From positions 143,034,001-143,098,000 of the forward strand of contig OZ024743.1 of assembly GCA_964016885.1 (NCBI GenBank): a stretch of DNA of 64,000 nucleotides. The letters run 5' to 3'. The notes under the pieces were generated by a model. The model had not been told where the DNA came from. It did no database searches and saw nothing but the letters and a program-made list of their open reading frames with translations. Origin of the DNA: Eledone cirrhosa (taxonomy: Eukaryota). The position numbers and the translations under genes were made by a program. Shown one piece after another: positions 21,201-32,299 of the stretch; position 1 is the first letter of the stretch; each line of letters begins with the position of its first letter.

Positions 21201-24200
21201 GGCGCTTGGTGTTTGGTGCTTGGTGTTTGGTGCTTGGTGCTTGGTGTTTGGTGCTTGGTACTTGATGCTTGGTGTTTGGTGTTTGGTGCTTGGTGCTTGG
21301 TGCTTGGTGTTTGGTGCTTGGTGCTTGGTGTTTGGTCTTTGGTGCTTGGTGTGTGGTACTTGGTGCTTGGTGCTTGGTCTTTGGTGCTTGGTGATTGGTG
21401 CTTGGTGCTTGGTGTTTGGTGCTTAGTGCTTGGTGTTTGGTGCTTGGTGCTTGGTGCTTGGTGTTTGGTGCTTGGTGCTTCGTGCTTGCTGCTTAGTGCT
21501 TGGTGCTTTGTGCTTGGTGTTTGGTGTTTGGTGCTTGGTTCTTGTGTTTGGTGTTTGGTGCTTGGTGTTTGGTGTTTGGTGATTAGTGCTTGGTGCTTGG
21601 TGTTTGGTGCTTGGTGCTTGGTGTTTGGTGTTTGGCGCTTGGTGCTTGGTGTTTGGTGCTTGGTGCTTGGTGCTTGATGCTTGGTGATTGGTGCTTTGTG
21701 TTTGTTGCTTGGTGCTTGGTGCTTGGTGCTTGGTGATTGGAGCTTTGTGTTTGGGCCTGGTGTTTGGTGTTTGGTGCTTGGTGTTTGATGTGTGGTACTT
21801 GGTGCTTGCTGTTTGGTGTTTGGTGCTTGGTGCTTGGTGCTTGGCTTTTGGTGCTTTGTGCTTGGTGCTTGGTGCTAGGTGCTTGGTGTTTGATTCTTGG
21901 TGCTTGGTGTTAGTTACATGGTGCTTGGTGCTTGTTGTTTGCTGCTTGGTGCTTGGTGCTTGGTGTTTGGTGCTTGGTGCTTGGTGTTTGGTGTTTGGTA
22001 CTTGGTGTTTTGTGTTTGGTCTTTGGTGCTTGGTGCTTGGTGTTTGGTGCTTGGTGCTTGGTGCTTGGTGTTTGGTGTTTAGTGCTTGGTGCTTGGTATT
22101 TGGTGTTTGGTGCTTGGTGCTTGGTGTTTGGTGTTTGGTGCTTGGTGCTTGGTGTTTGGTGTTTGGTGCTAGGTGCTTGGTGTTTGGTAATTGGTGCTTG
22201 GTGCTTGGTGTTTGGTGCTCGGAGCTTGGTGCTTGGTGTTTGGTGCTTGGTGCTTGGTATTTGGTCTTTGGCGCTTGGTGCTTGGTGTTTGGTGCTTGGT
22301 GCTTGGTGTTTGGTGTTTGGTGCTTGGTTCTTGGTGTTTGGTGCTTGGTGCTTGGTGTTTGGTGTTTGGTGCTTGGTGCTTGGTGTTTGGTGCTTGATGT
22401 TTCGTGCTTGGTGTTTGGTGCTTGGTGCTTGGTGCTTGGTGCTTGGTGTTTGGTGCTTGGTGCTTGGTGCTTTGTGTTTGGTGTTTAGTGCTTGGTGCTT
22501 GGTGTTTGGTGTTTGGTGATTGGTGCTTGGTGTTTGGTGTTTGGTGCTTGGTGCTTGGTGTTTGGTGTTTGGTGCTTGGTGCTTGCTGTTTTGCGTTTGG
22601 TGTTTGGCGTTTGCTGTTTGGCGTTTGGTGTTTGGCATTTGATGTTTGGCGTTTGCTGTTTGGTGTTTGGTGTTTGGTGTTTGCTGGTTGGTGTTTGGTG
22701 TTTGGTGTTTGCTGTTTGCTGTTTGGTGTTTGGTGTTTGCTGTTTGCTGTTTGCTGTTTAGTGTTTGGTGTTTGGTGTTTGGTGCTTGGTGTTTGGTGCT
22801 TGGTGCTTGGTGTTTGGAGCTTGATGCTTGGTGCTTGATGCTTGGTGCTTGGTGTCTGGTGCTTGGTGTTTGGTTCTTGGTGTTTGGTGCTTGCTGCTTG
22901 GTGCTTGGTGTTTGGTGCTTGGTGCTTGGTGCTTAGTGCTTGGTGCTTGGTGACTGGTGCTTGGTGTTTGGTGTTTGGTGCTAGGTGATTGGTGTTTGGT
23001 GCTTGGTGCTTGGTGTTTGGTGTTTGGTTCTTGGTGCTTGGTGTTTGGTGTTTGGCGCTTAGTGCTTGGTGTTTGGTGCTTGGTGCTTGGTGTTTGGTCT
23101 TTGGTGCTTGGTGTGTGGTACTTGGTGCTTGGTGCTTGGTCTTTGGTGCTTGGTGCTTGGTGCCTGATGCTTGGTGTTTGGTGCTTAGTGCTTGGTGTTT
23201 GGTGCTTGGTGCTTGGTGCTTGGTGTTTGGTGCTTGGTGCTTGGTGCTTGCTGCTTAGTGATTTGTGCTTGGTGCTTGGTGTTTGGTGTTCGGTGCTTGG
23301 TGATTGGTGTTTGGTGTTTGGTGCTTGGTTCTTGTTGTTTGGTGCTTGGTGCTTGGTGCTTGGTGTTTGGTGCTTGGTGCTTGGTGTTTGGTGTTTGGTG
23401 CTTGGTGCTCGGTGTTTGGTGTTTGGTGTTTGGTGCTTGGTGTTTGGTGTTTGGTGCTTGGTGCTTGGTGTTTGGTGTTTGGTGCTTGGTGCTTGGTGTT
23501 TGCTGCTTGGTGCTTGGTGCTTGGTGTTTGGTGTTTGGTGTTTGGTGTTTGGTGTTTGGTGTTTGCTGTTTGGTGTTTGGTGCTTGGTGCTTGGTGCTTG
23601 GAGCTTGGTGTTTGGTGTTTAGTGCTTGGTGCTTGGTATTTGGTGTTTGGTGCTTGGTGCTTGGTGTCTGGTATTTGGTGCTTGGTGCTTGGTGTTTGGT
23701 GATTGGTGTTTGGAGATTGGTGTTTGGTGCTTGGTGCTTGGTGCTTGGTGTTTGGTGCCTGGTGCTTGGTGTTTGATGGTTGGTGCTTGGTGTTTGGTGT
23801 TTGGTGCTTGGTGTTTGGTGCTTGGTGCTTGGTGCTTGGTTTTTGGTGCTTCGTGCTTGGTGCTTGGTGCTTGGTGTTTGGTGTTTGGTGTTTGGTTCTT
23901 GGTTCTTGGTGCTTGGTGCTTGGTGCTTGGTGCTTGGTGCTTGGTGCTTGTCGTTTGATGTTTGGCTATTTCTGTTTGGTGTTTGGTGTTTGGTGTTTGG
24001 TGCTTGGTGCTTGGTGTGAGGTGCTTGGTGCTTGGTGTTTGGTATTTGGTGCTTGGTGCTTGGTGCTTGGTGTTTGGTGCTTGATGCTTGGTGTTTGGTA
24101 CTTGGTGCTAGGTATTTGGTGTTTGGTGCGTGGTGCTTGGTGTTTGGTGCTTGGTGCTTGGTGCTTGGTGTTTGGTGCTTGGTGCTTGGTGCTTGGTGTT

Positions 24201-25369
24201 TGGTGCTTGGTGCTTTGTGCTTGGCGTTTGGTGTTTGTCGTTTGATGTTTGGCATTTTCTGTTTGGTGTTTGGTGTTTGGTGTTTGCTGTTTGGTATTTG
24301 CTGTTTGGTGTTTGCTGTTTGGTGTTTGGTGTTTGCTGTTTGGTGTTTGGTGTTTGGTGTTTGCTGTTTGGTGTTTGGTGTTTGGTGTTTGGTGCTTAGT
24401 GCTTGGTGCTTGGTGTTTGGTGCTTGGTGCTTGGTGCTTGGTCTTTGGTGTTTGGTGCTTGGTGCTTGGTGTTTGGTGTTTGGTGCTTGTTGCTTGGTGT
24501 TTGGTGATTAGTGCTTGGTGCTTGGTGTTTGGTGCTTGGTGCTTGGTGTTTGGTGTTTGGCGCTTGGTGCTTGGTGTTTGGTGCTTGGTGCTTGGTGCTT
24601 GATGCTTGGTGATTGGTGCTTTGTGTTTGTTGCTTGGTGCTTGGTGCTTGGTGCTTGGTGATTGGTGCTTGGTGTTTGGGCCTGGTGTTTGGTGTTTGGT
24701 GCTTGGTGTTTGATGTGTGGTACTTGGTGCTTGCTGTTTGGTGTTTGGTGCTTGGTGCTTGGTGCTTGGCTTTTGGTGCTTTGTGCTTGGTGCTTGGTGC
24801 TAGGTGCTTGTTGTTTGATTCTTGGTGCTTGGTGTTAGGTACATGGTGCTTGGTGCTTGTTGTTTGGTGCTTGGTGCTTGGTGCTTGGTGTTTGGTGCTT
24901 GGTGCTTGGTGTTTGGTGTTTGGTACTTGGTGTTTTGTGTTTGGTCTTTGGTGCTTGGTGCTTGGTGTTTGGTGCTTGGTGCTTGGTGCTTGGTGTTTGG
25001 TGTTTAGTGGTTGGTGCTTGGTATTTGGTGTTTGGTGCTTGGTGCTTGGTGTTTGGTGTTTGGTGCTTGGTGCTTGGTGTTTGGTGTTTGGTGCTAGGTG
25101 CTTGGTGTTTGGTGATTGGTGCTTGGTGCTTGGTGTTTGGTGCTCGGAGCTTGGTGCTTGGTGTTTGGCGCTTGGTGCTTGGTGTTTGGTGCTTGGTGCT
25201 TGGTGTTTGGTGTTTGGTGCTTGGTTCTTGGTGTTTGGTGCTTGGTGCTTGGTGTTTGGTGTTTGGTGCTTGGTGCTTGGTGTTTGGTGCTTGATGTTTC
25301 GTGCTTGGTGTTTGGTGCTTGGTGCTTGGTGCTTGGTGCTTGGTGTTTGGTGCTTCGTGCTTGGTGCTT
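15215..25369 (+). repeat. Near-perfect 5,071-bp tandem duplication (15215-20298 and 20286-25369)
   Basis: ORFs from 15250 to about 20045 recur 5,071 bp later with matching translations (15303/20374, 16617/21688, 17886/22957, 18114/23185, 19542/24613). Identity breaks at 15214/20285 and 20299/25370. One internal difference was seen: T16670 vs A21741. Confidence 0.95.
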
Positions 25370-27930
25370 TGTGTTTGGTGTTTAGTGCTTGGTGCTTGGT
25401 GTTTGGTGTTTGGTGATTGGTGCTTGGTGTTTGGTGTTTGGTGCTTGGTGCTTGGTGTTTGGTGTTTGGTGCTTGGTGCTTGCTGTTTTGCGTTTGGTGT
25501 TTGGCGTTTGCTGTTTGGCGTTTGGTGTTTGGCATTTGATGTTTGGCGTTTGCTGTTTGGTGTTTGGTGTTTGGTGTTTGCTGGTTGGTGTTTGGTGTTT
25601 GGTGTTTGCTGTTTGCTGTTTGGTGTTTGGTGTTTGGTGTTTTCCTGTTTGCTGTTTGCTGTTTAGTGTTTGGTGTTTGGTGTTTGGTGCTTGGTGCTTG
25701 CTGCTTGGTGCTTGGTGTTTGGTGCTTGGTGCTTGGTGCTTAGTGCTTGGTGCTTGGTGACTGGTGCTTGGTGTTTGGTGTTTGGTGCTAGGTGATTGGT
25801 GTTTGGTGCTTGGTGCTTGGTGTTTGGTGTTTGGTTCTTGGTGCTTGGTGTTTGGTGTTTGGCGCTTAGTGCTTGGTGTTTGGTGCTTGGTGCTTGGTGT
25901 TTGGTCTTTGGTGCTTGGTGTGTGGTACTTGGTGCTTGGTGCTTGGTCTTTGGTGCTTGGTGATTGGTGCCTGATGCTTGGTGTTTGGTGCTTAGTGCTT
26001 GGTGTTTGGTGCTTGGTGCTTGGTGCTTGGTGTTTGGTGCTTGGTGCTTGGTGCTTGCTGCTTAGTGCTTGGTGCTTGGTGCTTGGTGCTTGGTGTTTGG
26101 TGCTTGGTGCTTGGTGTTTGGTGTTTGGTGCTTGGTGCTCGGTGTTTGGTGTTTGGTGTTTGGTGCTTGGTATTTGGTGTTTGGTGCTTGTTGCTTGGTG
26201 CTTGGTGTTTGGTGCATGCTGCTTGGTGTTTGGTGCTTGGTGTTTGGTTCTTGGTGCTTGGTGTTTGGTGTTTGGTGCTTGGTTCTTGTGTTTGGTGTTT
26301 GGTGCTTGGTGTTTGGTGTTTGATGCTTGGTGCTTGGTTCTTGGTGCTTGGTGCTTGATGTTTTGTGCTTGGTGCTTGGTGCTTGGTGCTTGGTGCTTGG
26401 TGTTTGGTGTTTGGTGTTTGCTGTTTGGTGTTTGGTGTTTGATGTTTGGTGTTTGCTATTTGGTGTTTGGTGTTTGCTGTTTGGTGTTTGCTGTTTGGTG
26501 TTTGGTGTGTGGTGTTTGTTGTTTGATGTGTGGTGCTTGGTGCTTGGTGTTTGGTATTTGGTGCTTGGTGCTTGGTGCTTGGTGTTTGGTGCTTGGTGCT
26601 TGGTGCTTGGTGTTTGGTGCTTGGTGCTAGGTGTTTGGTGCTTGGTGCTTGGTGCTTTGTGTTTGGTGCTTGGTGCTTGGTGCTTGATGTTTGGTGCTTG
26701 GTGCTTGGTACTTGGTGTTTGGTGCTTGGTGCTTGGCGTGTGGTGTTTGGTGTTTGGTGCTTGGTGCTTGGTGCTTGGTGTTTGGTGCTTGGTGCTTGGT
26801 GCTTGGTGTTTGGTACTTGGTTCTAGGTGTTTGGTGTTTGGTGCTTGGTGCTTGGTGTTTGGTGCTTGGTGCTTGGTGATTGTTGTTTGGTGCTTGGTGC
26901 TTGGTGCTTGGTGTTTGGTGCTTGGTGATTGGTGTTTGGTGTTTGGTGTTTGGTGGGTGGTGTTTGGTGCTTGGGGTTTGGTGCTTGGTGCTTGGTGTTT
27001 GGTGTTTGGTGTTTGGTGTTGGTGCTTCGTGTTTGGTGTTTGGTGCTTGGTGCTTGGTGTTTGGTGTTTGGTGCTTGGTGATTGGTTCTTGGTGTTTGGT
27101 GCTTGGTGCTTGGTGTCTGGTGTTTGGTGCTTGGTTCTTGGTCTTTGGTAATTGGTGTTTGAAGATTGGTGTTTGGTGCTTGGTGCTTGGTGCTTGGTGT
27201 TTGGTGCTTGGTGCTTGGTGTTTGGTGCTTGGCGCTTGGTGCTTGGTGTTTGATGGTTGGTGCTTGGTGTTTGGTGTTTGGTGCTTGGTGTTTGGTGCTT
27301 GGTGCTTGGTGCTTGGTTTTTGGTGCTTCGTGCTTGGTGCTTGGTGGTTGGTGTTTGGTGCTTGGTGTTTGGTGCTTGGTGTTTGGTGCTTGGTGCTTGG
27401 TGCTTGGTGTTTGGTGCTTGGTGCTTGGTGCTTGGTGCTTGATGCTTGGTGATTGGTGCTTGTTGTTTGGTGCTTGGCGCTTGGTGTTTGGTGCTTGGTG
27501 CTTGGTGCTTGGTGTTTGGTGTTTGGTGGTTGGTGCTTGGTGTTTAGTGTTTGGGGCTTGGTGATTGGTGTTTGGTGTTTGGTGCTTGGTGTTTGGTGTT
27601 TCGTGCTTGGTGCTTTGTGCTTGGTGCTTGGTGTTTAGTGTTTGATGCTTGGTGCGCGGTGTTTGGTGCTTGGTGCTTGGTGCTTGGTTTTTGGTGTTTG
27701 GTGTTTGGTGTTTGGTGTTTGCTGTTTGGTGTTTGGTGTTTGGTGTTTGGTGTTTGGTGCTTGGTGCTTGGTGTTTGGTGCTTGGCGCTTGGTGTTTGGT
27801 GCTTGGTGTTTGGTGCTTGGTGCTTGGTGTTTGGTGCTTGGTACTTGATCCTTGGTGTTTGGTGTTTGGTGCTTGGTGCTTGGTGCTTGGTGTTTGGTGC
27901 TTGGTGCTTGGTGTTTGGTCTTTGGTGCTT

Positions 27931-28060
27931 GGTGTGTGGTACTTGGTGCTTGGTGCTTGGTCTTTGGTGCTTGGTGATTGGTGCTTGGTGATTGGTGCTT
28001 GGTGTGTGGTACTTGGTGCTTGGTGCTTGGTCTTTGGTGCTTGGTGATTGGTGCTTGGTG
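27931..28060 (+). repeat. 70-bp (10-monomer) tandem duplication
   Basis: GGTGTGTGGTACTTGGTGCTTGGTGCTTGGTCTTTGGTGCTTGGTGATTGGTGCTTGGTG occurs at 27931 and 28001. Confidence 0.9.
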
Positions 28061-29159
28061 CTTGGTGTTTGGTGCTTAGTGCTTGGTGTTTGGTGCTTGG
28101 TGCTTGGTGCTTGGTGTTTGGTGCTTGGTGCTTCGTGCTTGCTGCTTAGTGCTTGGTGCTTTGTGCTTGGTGCTTGGTGTTTGGTGTTTGGTGCTTGGTT
28201 CTTGTGTTTGGTGTTTGGTGCTTGGTGTTTGGTGTTTGGTGATTAGTGCTTGGTGCTTGGTGTTTGGTGCTTGGTGCTTGGTGTTTGGTGTTTGGCGCTT
28301 GGTGCTTGGTGTTTGGTGCTTGGTGCTTGGTGCTTGATGCTTGGTGATTGGTGCTTTGTGTTTGTTGCTTGGTGCTTGGTGCTTGGTGCTTGGTGATTGG
28401 TGCTTGGTGTTTGGGCCTGGTGTTTGGTGTTTGGTGCTTGGTGTTTGATGTGTGGTACTTGGTGCTTGCTGTTTGGTGTTTGGTGCTTGGTGCTTGGTGC
28501 TTGGCTTTTGGTGCTTTGTGCTTGGTGCTTGGTGCTAGGTGCTTGGTGTTTGATTCTTGGTGCTTGGTGTTAGGTACATGGTGCTTGGTGCTTGTTGTTT
28601 GCTGCTTGGTGCTTGGTGCTTGGTGTTTGGTGCTTGGTGCTTGGTGTTTGGTGTTTGGTACTTGGTGTTTTGTGTTTGGTCTTTGGTGCTTGGTGCTTGG
28701 TGTTTGGTGCTTGGTGCTTGGTGCTTGGTGTTTGGTATTTAGTGCTTGGTGCTTGGTCTTTGGTGCTTGGTGTTTGGTGCTTGGTGCTTGGTGCTTGGTG
28801 TTTGGTGCTTGGTGCTTGGTGTTTGGTGCTTGGTGCTTAGTGTTTGGTGCTAGGTGCTTGGTGTTTGGTGCTTGGTGTTTGGTGCTTGGTGCTTGGTGTT
28901 TGGTGTTTGGTGTTTGGTGCTTGGTGCTTGGTGTTTGCTGTTTGCTGTTTGGTGTTTGTTGTTTGGTGTTTGTTGTTTGGTGTTTGCTGTTTGGTGTTTG
29001 GTGTTTGCTTTTTGGTGTTTGGTGTTTGCTGTATGTTGTTTGCTGTTTGGTGTTTGGTGTTTGGTGTTTGGTGTTTGGTGTTTGGTGCTTGGTGTTTGGT
29101 GCTTGGTGTTTGGTGCTTGGTGCTTGGTGTATGGTGTTTGGTGCTTGGTGCTTGGTGTT

Positions 29160-30410
29160 TGGTGTTTGGTGTTTGGTGCTTGGTGTCTGGTGCTTGGTGT
29201 TTGGTGCTTGGTGTTTGGTGTTTGGTGCTTGGTGCTTGGTGTTTGGTGTTTGGTGCTTGGTGTTTGGTGTTTGGTGCTTGTTGCTTGGTGCTTGATGTTT
29301 GGTGCTTGGTGCTTGGTGTTTGGTGCTGGGTGCTTGGTGCTTGGTATTTGGTGTTTGGTGCTTGGTGCTTGGTGTTTGGTGTTTGGTGTTATATGCTTGG
29401 TGTTTGATGCTTGGTGCTTGGTGTTTGGTGTTTGGTGTTTGGTGCTTGGTGCTTGGTGTTTGGTGCTTGGTGCTGAGTGGTTGGTGTTTGGTGCTTGGTG
29501 TTTGGTGCTGGGTGCTTGGTGTTTGGTGCTGGGTGCTTGGTGTTTGGTGCTTGGTGCTTGGTCTTTGGTGCTTGGTGTTTGGTGCTTGGTGCTTGGTGCT
29601 TGGTGTTTCTACTTGGTGCTTGGTGCTTGGTGTTTGGTTCTTGGTTCTTGGTGTTTGGTACTTGGTGCTTGGTGCTTGTTGCTTGATGTTTGGTGTTTGG
29701 TGCTTGGTGTTTGGTGCTTGGTGCTTGGTGCTTGGTGCTTGGTGCTTGGTGCTTGGTGTTAGGTATTTTGTGCTTGGTGCTTGGTGTTTGGTGCTTGGTG
29801 TTTGGTGTTTGCTGTTTGGTGTTTGTTGTTTGCTGTTTGGTGTTTGGTGTTTGGTGTTTGCTGTTTGGTGTTTGGTCTTTGGTGCTTGGTGTTTGGTGCT
29901 TGGTGTTTGGTGTTTGGTGCTTGGTGCTTGGTGTTTGGTGTTTGGTGCTTGGTGGTTGGTGTTTGGTGTTTGGTGTTTGGTGCTTGGTGTCTGGTGCTTG
30001 GTGTTTGGTGCTTGGTGTTTGGTGTTTGGTGCTTGGTGCTTGGTGTTTGGTGTTTGGTGCTTGGTGTTTGGTGTTTGGTGCTTGTTGCTTGGTGCTTGAT
30101 GTTTGGTGCTTGGTGCTTGGTGTTTGGTGCTGGGTGCTTGGTGCTTGGTATTTGGTGTTTGGTGCTTGGTGCTTGGTGTTTGGTGTTTGGTGTTATATGC
30201 TTGGTGTTTGATGCTTGGTGCTTGGTGTTTGGTGTTTGGTGTTTGGTGCTTGGTGCTTGGTGTTTGGTGCTTGGTGCTGAGTGGTTGGTGTTTGGTGCTT
30301 GGTGTTTGGTGCTGGGTGCTTGGTGTTTGGTGCTGGGTGCTTGGTGTTTGGTGCTTGGTGCTTGGTCTTTGGTGCTTGGTGTTTGGTGCTTGGTGCTTGG
30401 TGCTTGGTGT
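29160..30410 (+). repeat. Repeated ~450-bp block at 804-bp offset
   Basis: ORF pairs 29299/30103 and 29477/30281. GTTATATGC at 29388/30192 and GCTGAGTGG at 29472/30276. Confidence 0.85.
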
Positions 30411-32299
30411 TTGGTGCTTGGTGCTTGGTGTTTGGTGCTTGGTGCTTGGTGTTTGCTGTTTGCTGTTTGGTGTTTGTTGTTTGGTGTTTGTTGTTTGGTG
30501 TTTGCTGTTTGGTGTTTGGTGTTTGCTTTTTGGTGTTTGGTGTTTGCTGTATGTTGTTTGCTGTTTGGTGTTTGGTGTTTGGTGTTTGGTGCTTGGTGCT
30601 TGGTGTTTGGTGCCTGGTGCTTGGTGCTTGGTGCTTGGTGTTTGGTGTTTGGTGCTTGGTGCTTGGTGCTTGGTGTTTGGTGCTTGGTGCTTGGTGTTTT
30701 GTGTTTCGTGTTTGGTTTTTGGTGCTTGGTGCATGGTGCTTGGTCCTTGGTGTTAGGTGCTGGGTGCTTTGTGTTTGGTGCTTGGTGCTTGGTGTTTGGT
30801 GTTTGCTGCTTGGTGCTTGATGCTTGGTGTTTGGTGCTTGGTGCTTGGTGCTTGGTGTTTGTACTTGGTGCTTGGTGCTTGGTGTTTGGTTCTTGGTTCT
30901 TGGTGTTTGGTGTTTGGCATTTGGTGTTTGGTGCTTGGTGCTTGGTGTTTGGTGCTTGGTGCTTGGTGTTTGGTGCCTGGTGCTTGGTGCTTGGTGCTTG
31001 GAGTTTGGTGTTTGGTGCTTGGTGCTTGGTGCTTGGTCCTTGGTGTTTGGTGCTGGGTGCTTTGTGTTTGGTGATTGGTGCTTGGTGTTTGGTGTTTGCT
31101 GCTTGGTGCTTGGTGTTTTGTGTTTGGTGCTTGGTGCTTGGTGTTTGGTGCTTGGTGCTTGGTGCTTGGTGTTTGTACTTGGTGCTTGGTGTTTGGTGTT
31201 TGGTTCTTGGTTCTTGGTGTTTGGTACTTGGTGCTTGGTGCTTGGTGCTTGGTGTTAGGTATTTGGTGCTTGGTCCTTCGTGTTTGGTGCTTGGTGTTTG
31301 GTGTTTGCTGTTTGGAGTTTGGTGTTTGGTGTTTGGTTTTGCTGTCTGGTGTCTGCTTTTTGGTGTTTAGTGTTTGCTGTATGGTGTTTGCTGTTTCGTG
31401 TTTGGTGTTTGCTGTTTGGTGTTTGGTCTTTGGTGCTTGGTGTTTGGTGCTTGGTGTTTGGTGTTTGGTGCTTGCTGCTTGGTGTTTGGTGTTTGGTGTT
31501 TGGTGCTTGGTGTTTGGTGTTTAGTGTTTGGTGCTTGGTGTCTGATGCTTGGTGTTTGGTGTTTGGTGCTTGGTGCTTGGTGCTTGGTGTTTGGTGCCTG
31601 GTGCTTGGTGCTTGATGCTTGGTGTTTGGTGTTTGGTGCTTGGTGCTTGGTGTTTCGTGATTGGTGCTTATTTTTTTGTGTTTCGTGTTTGGTTTTTGGT
31701 GCTTGGTGCTTGGTGCTTGGTCCTTGGTGTTTGGTGCTGGGTGCTTTGTGTTTGGTGCTTGGTGCTTGGTGCTTGGTGTTTGGTGTTTGCTGCTTGGTGT
31801 TTGATGCTTGGTGCTTGGTGCTTGGTGTTTTGTGTTTGGTGCTTGGTGCTTGGTGTTTGGTGCTTGGTGCTTGGTGCTTGGTGTTTGTACTTGGTGCTTG
31901 GTGCTTGGTGTTTGGTTCTTGGTTCTTGGTGTTTGGTGTTTTGCGTTTGGTTTTTGATGCTTGGTGCTTGGTGTTTGGTGCTTGGTGCTTGGTGTTTGGT
32001 GCCTGGTGCTTGGTGCTTGGTGCTTGGTGTTTGGTGTTTGGTGCTTGGTGCTTGGAGTTTGGTGTTTGGTGCTTGGTGCTTGGTGCTTGGTCCTTGGTGT
32101 TTGGTGCTGGGTGCTTTGTGTTTGGTGATTGGTGCTTGGTGTTTGGTGTTTGCTGCTTGGTGTTTGATGCTTGGTGTTTTGTATTTGGTGCTTGGTGCTT
32201 GGGGTTTGGTGCTTGGTGCTTGGTGCTTGGTGTTTCTACTTGGTGCTTGGTGCTTGGTGTTTGGTTCTTGGTTCTTGGTGTTTGGTACTTGGTGCTTGG

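Larger units (their letters stand above)
12900..28740 (+). repeat. Satellite domain B: six related higher-order units marked by TTTGGGCCTGG
   Basis: GGGCC marker at 12969, 16682, 19607, 21753, 24678 and 28413 (spacings 3713, 2925, 2146, 2925, 3735), each followed by GATTCTTGG...TTAGKTACATGG. GACTGG at about 14119, 17881, 22952 and 25759. GAAGATT at about 15542, 20613 and 27161. Confidence 0.85.
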
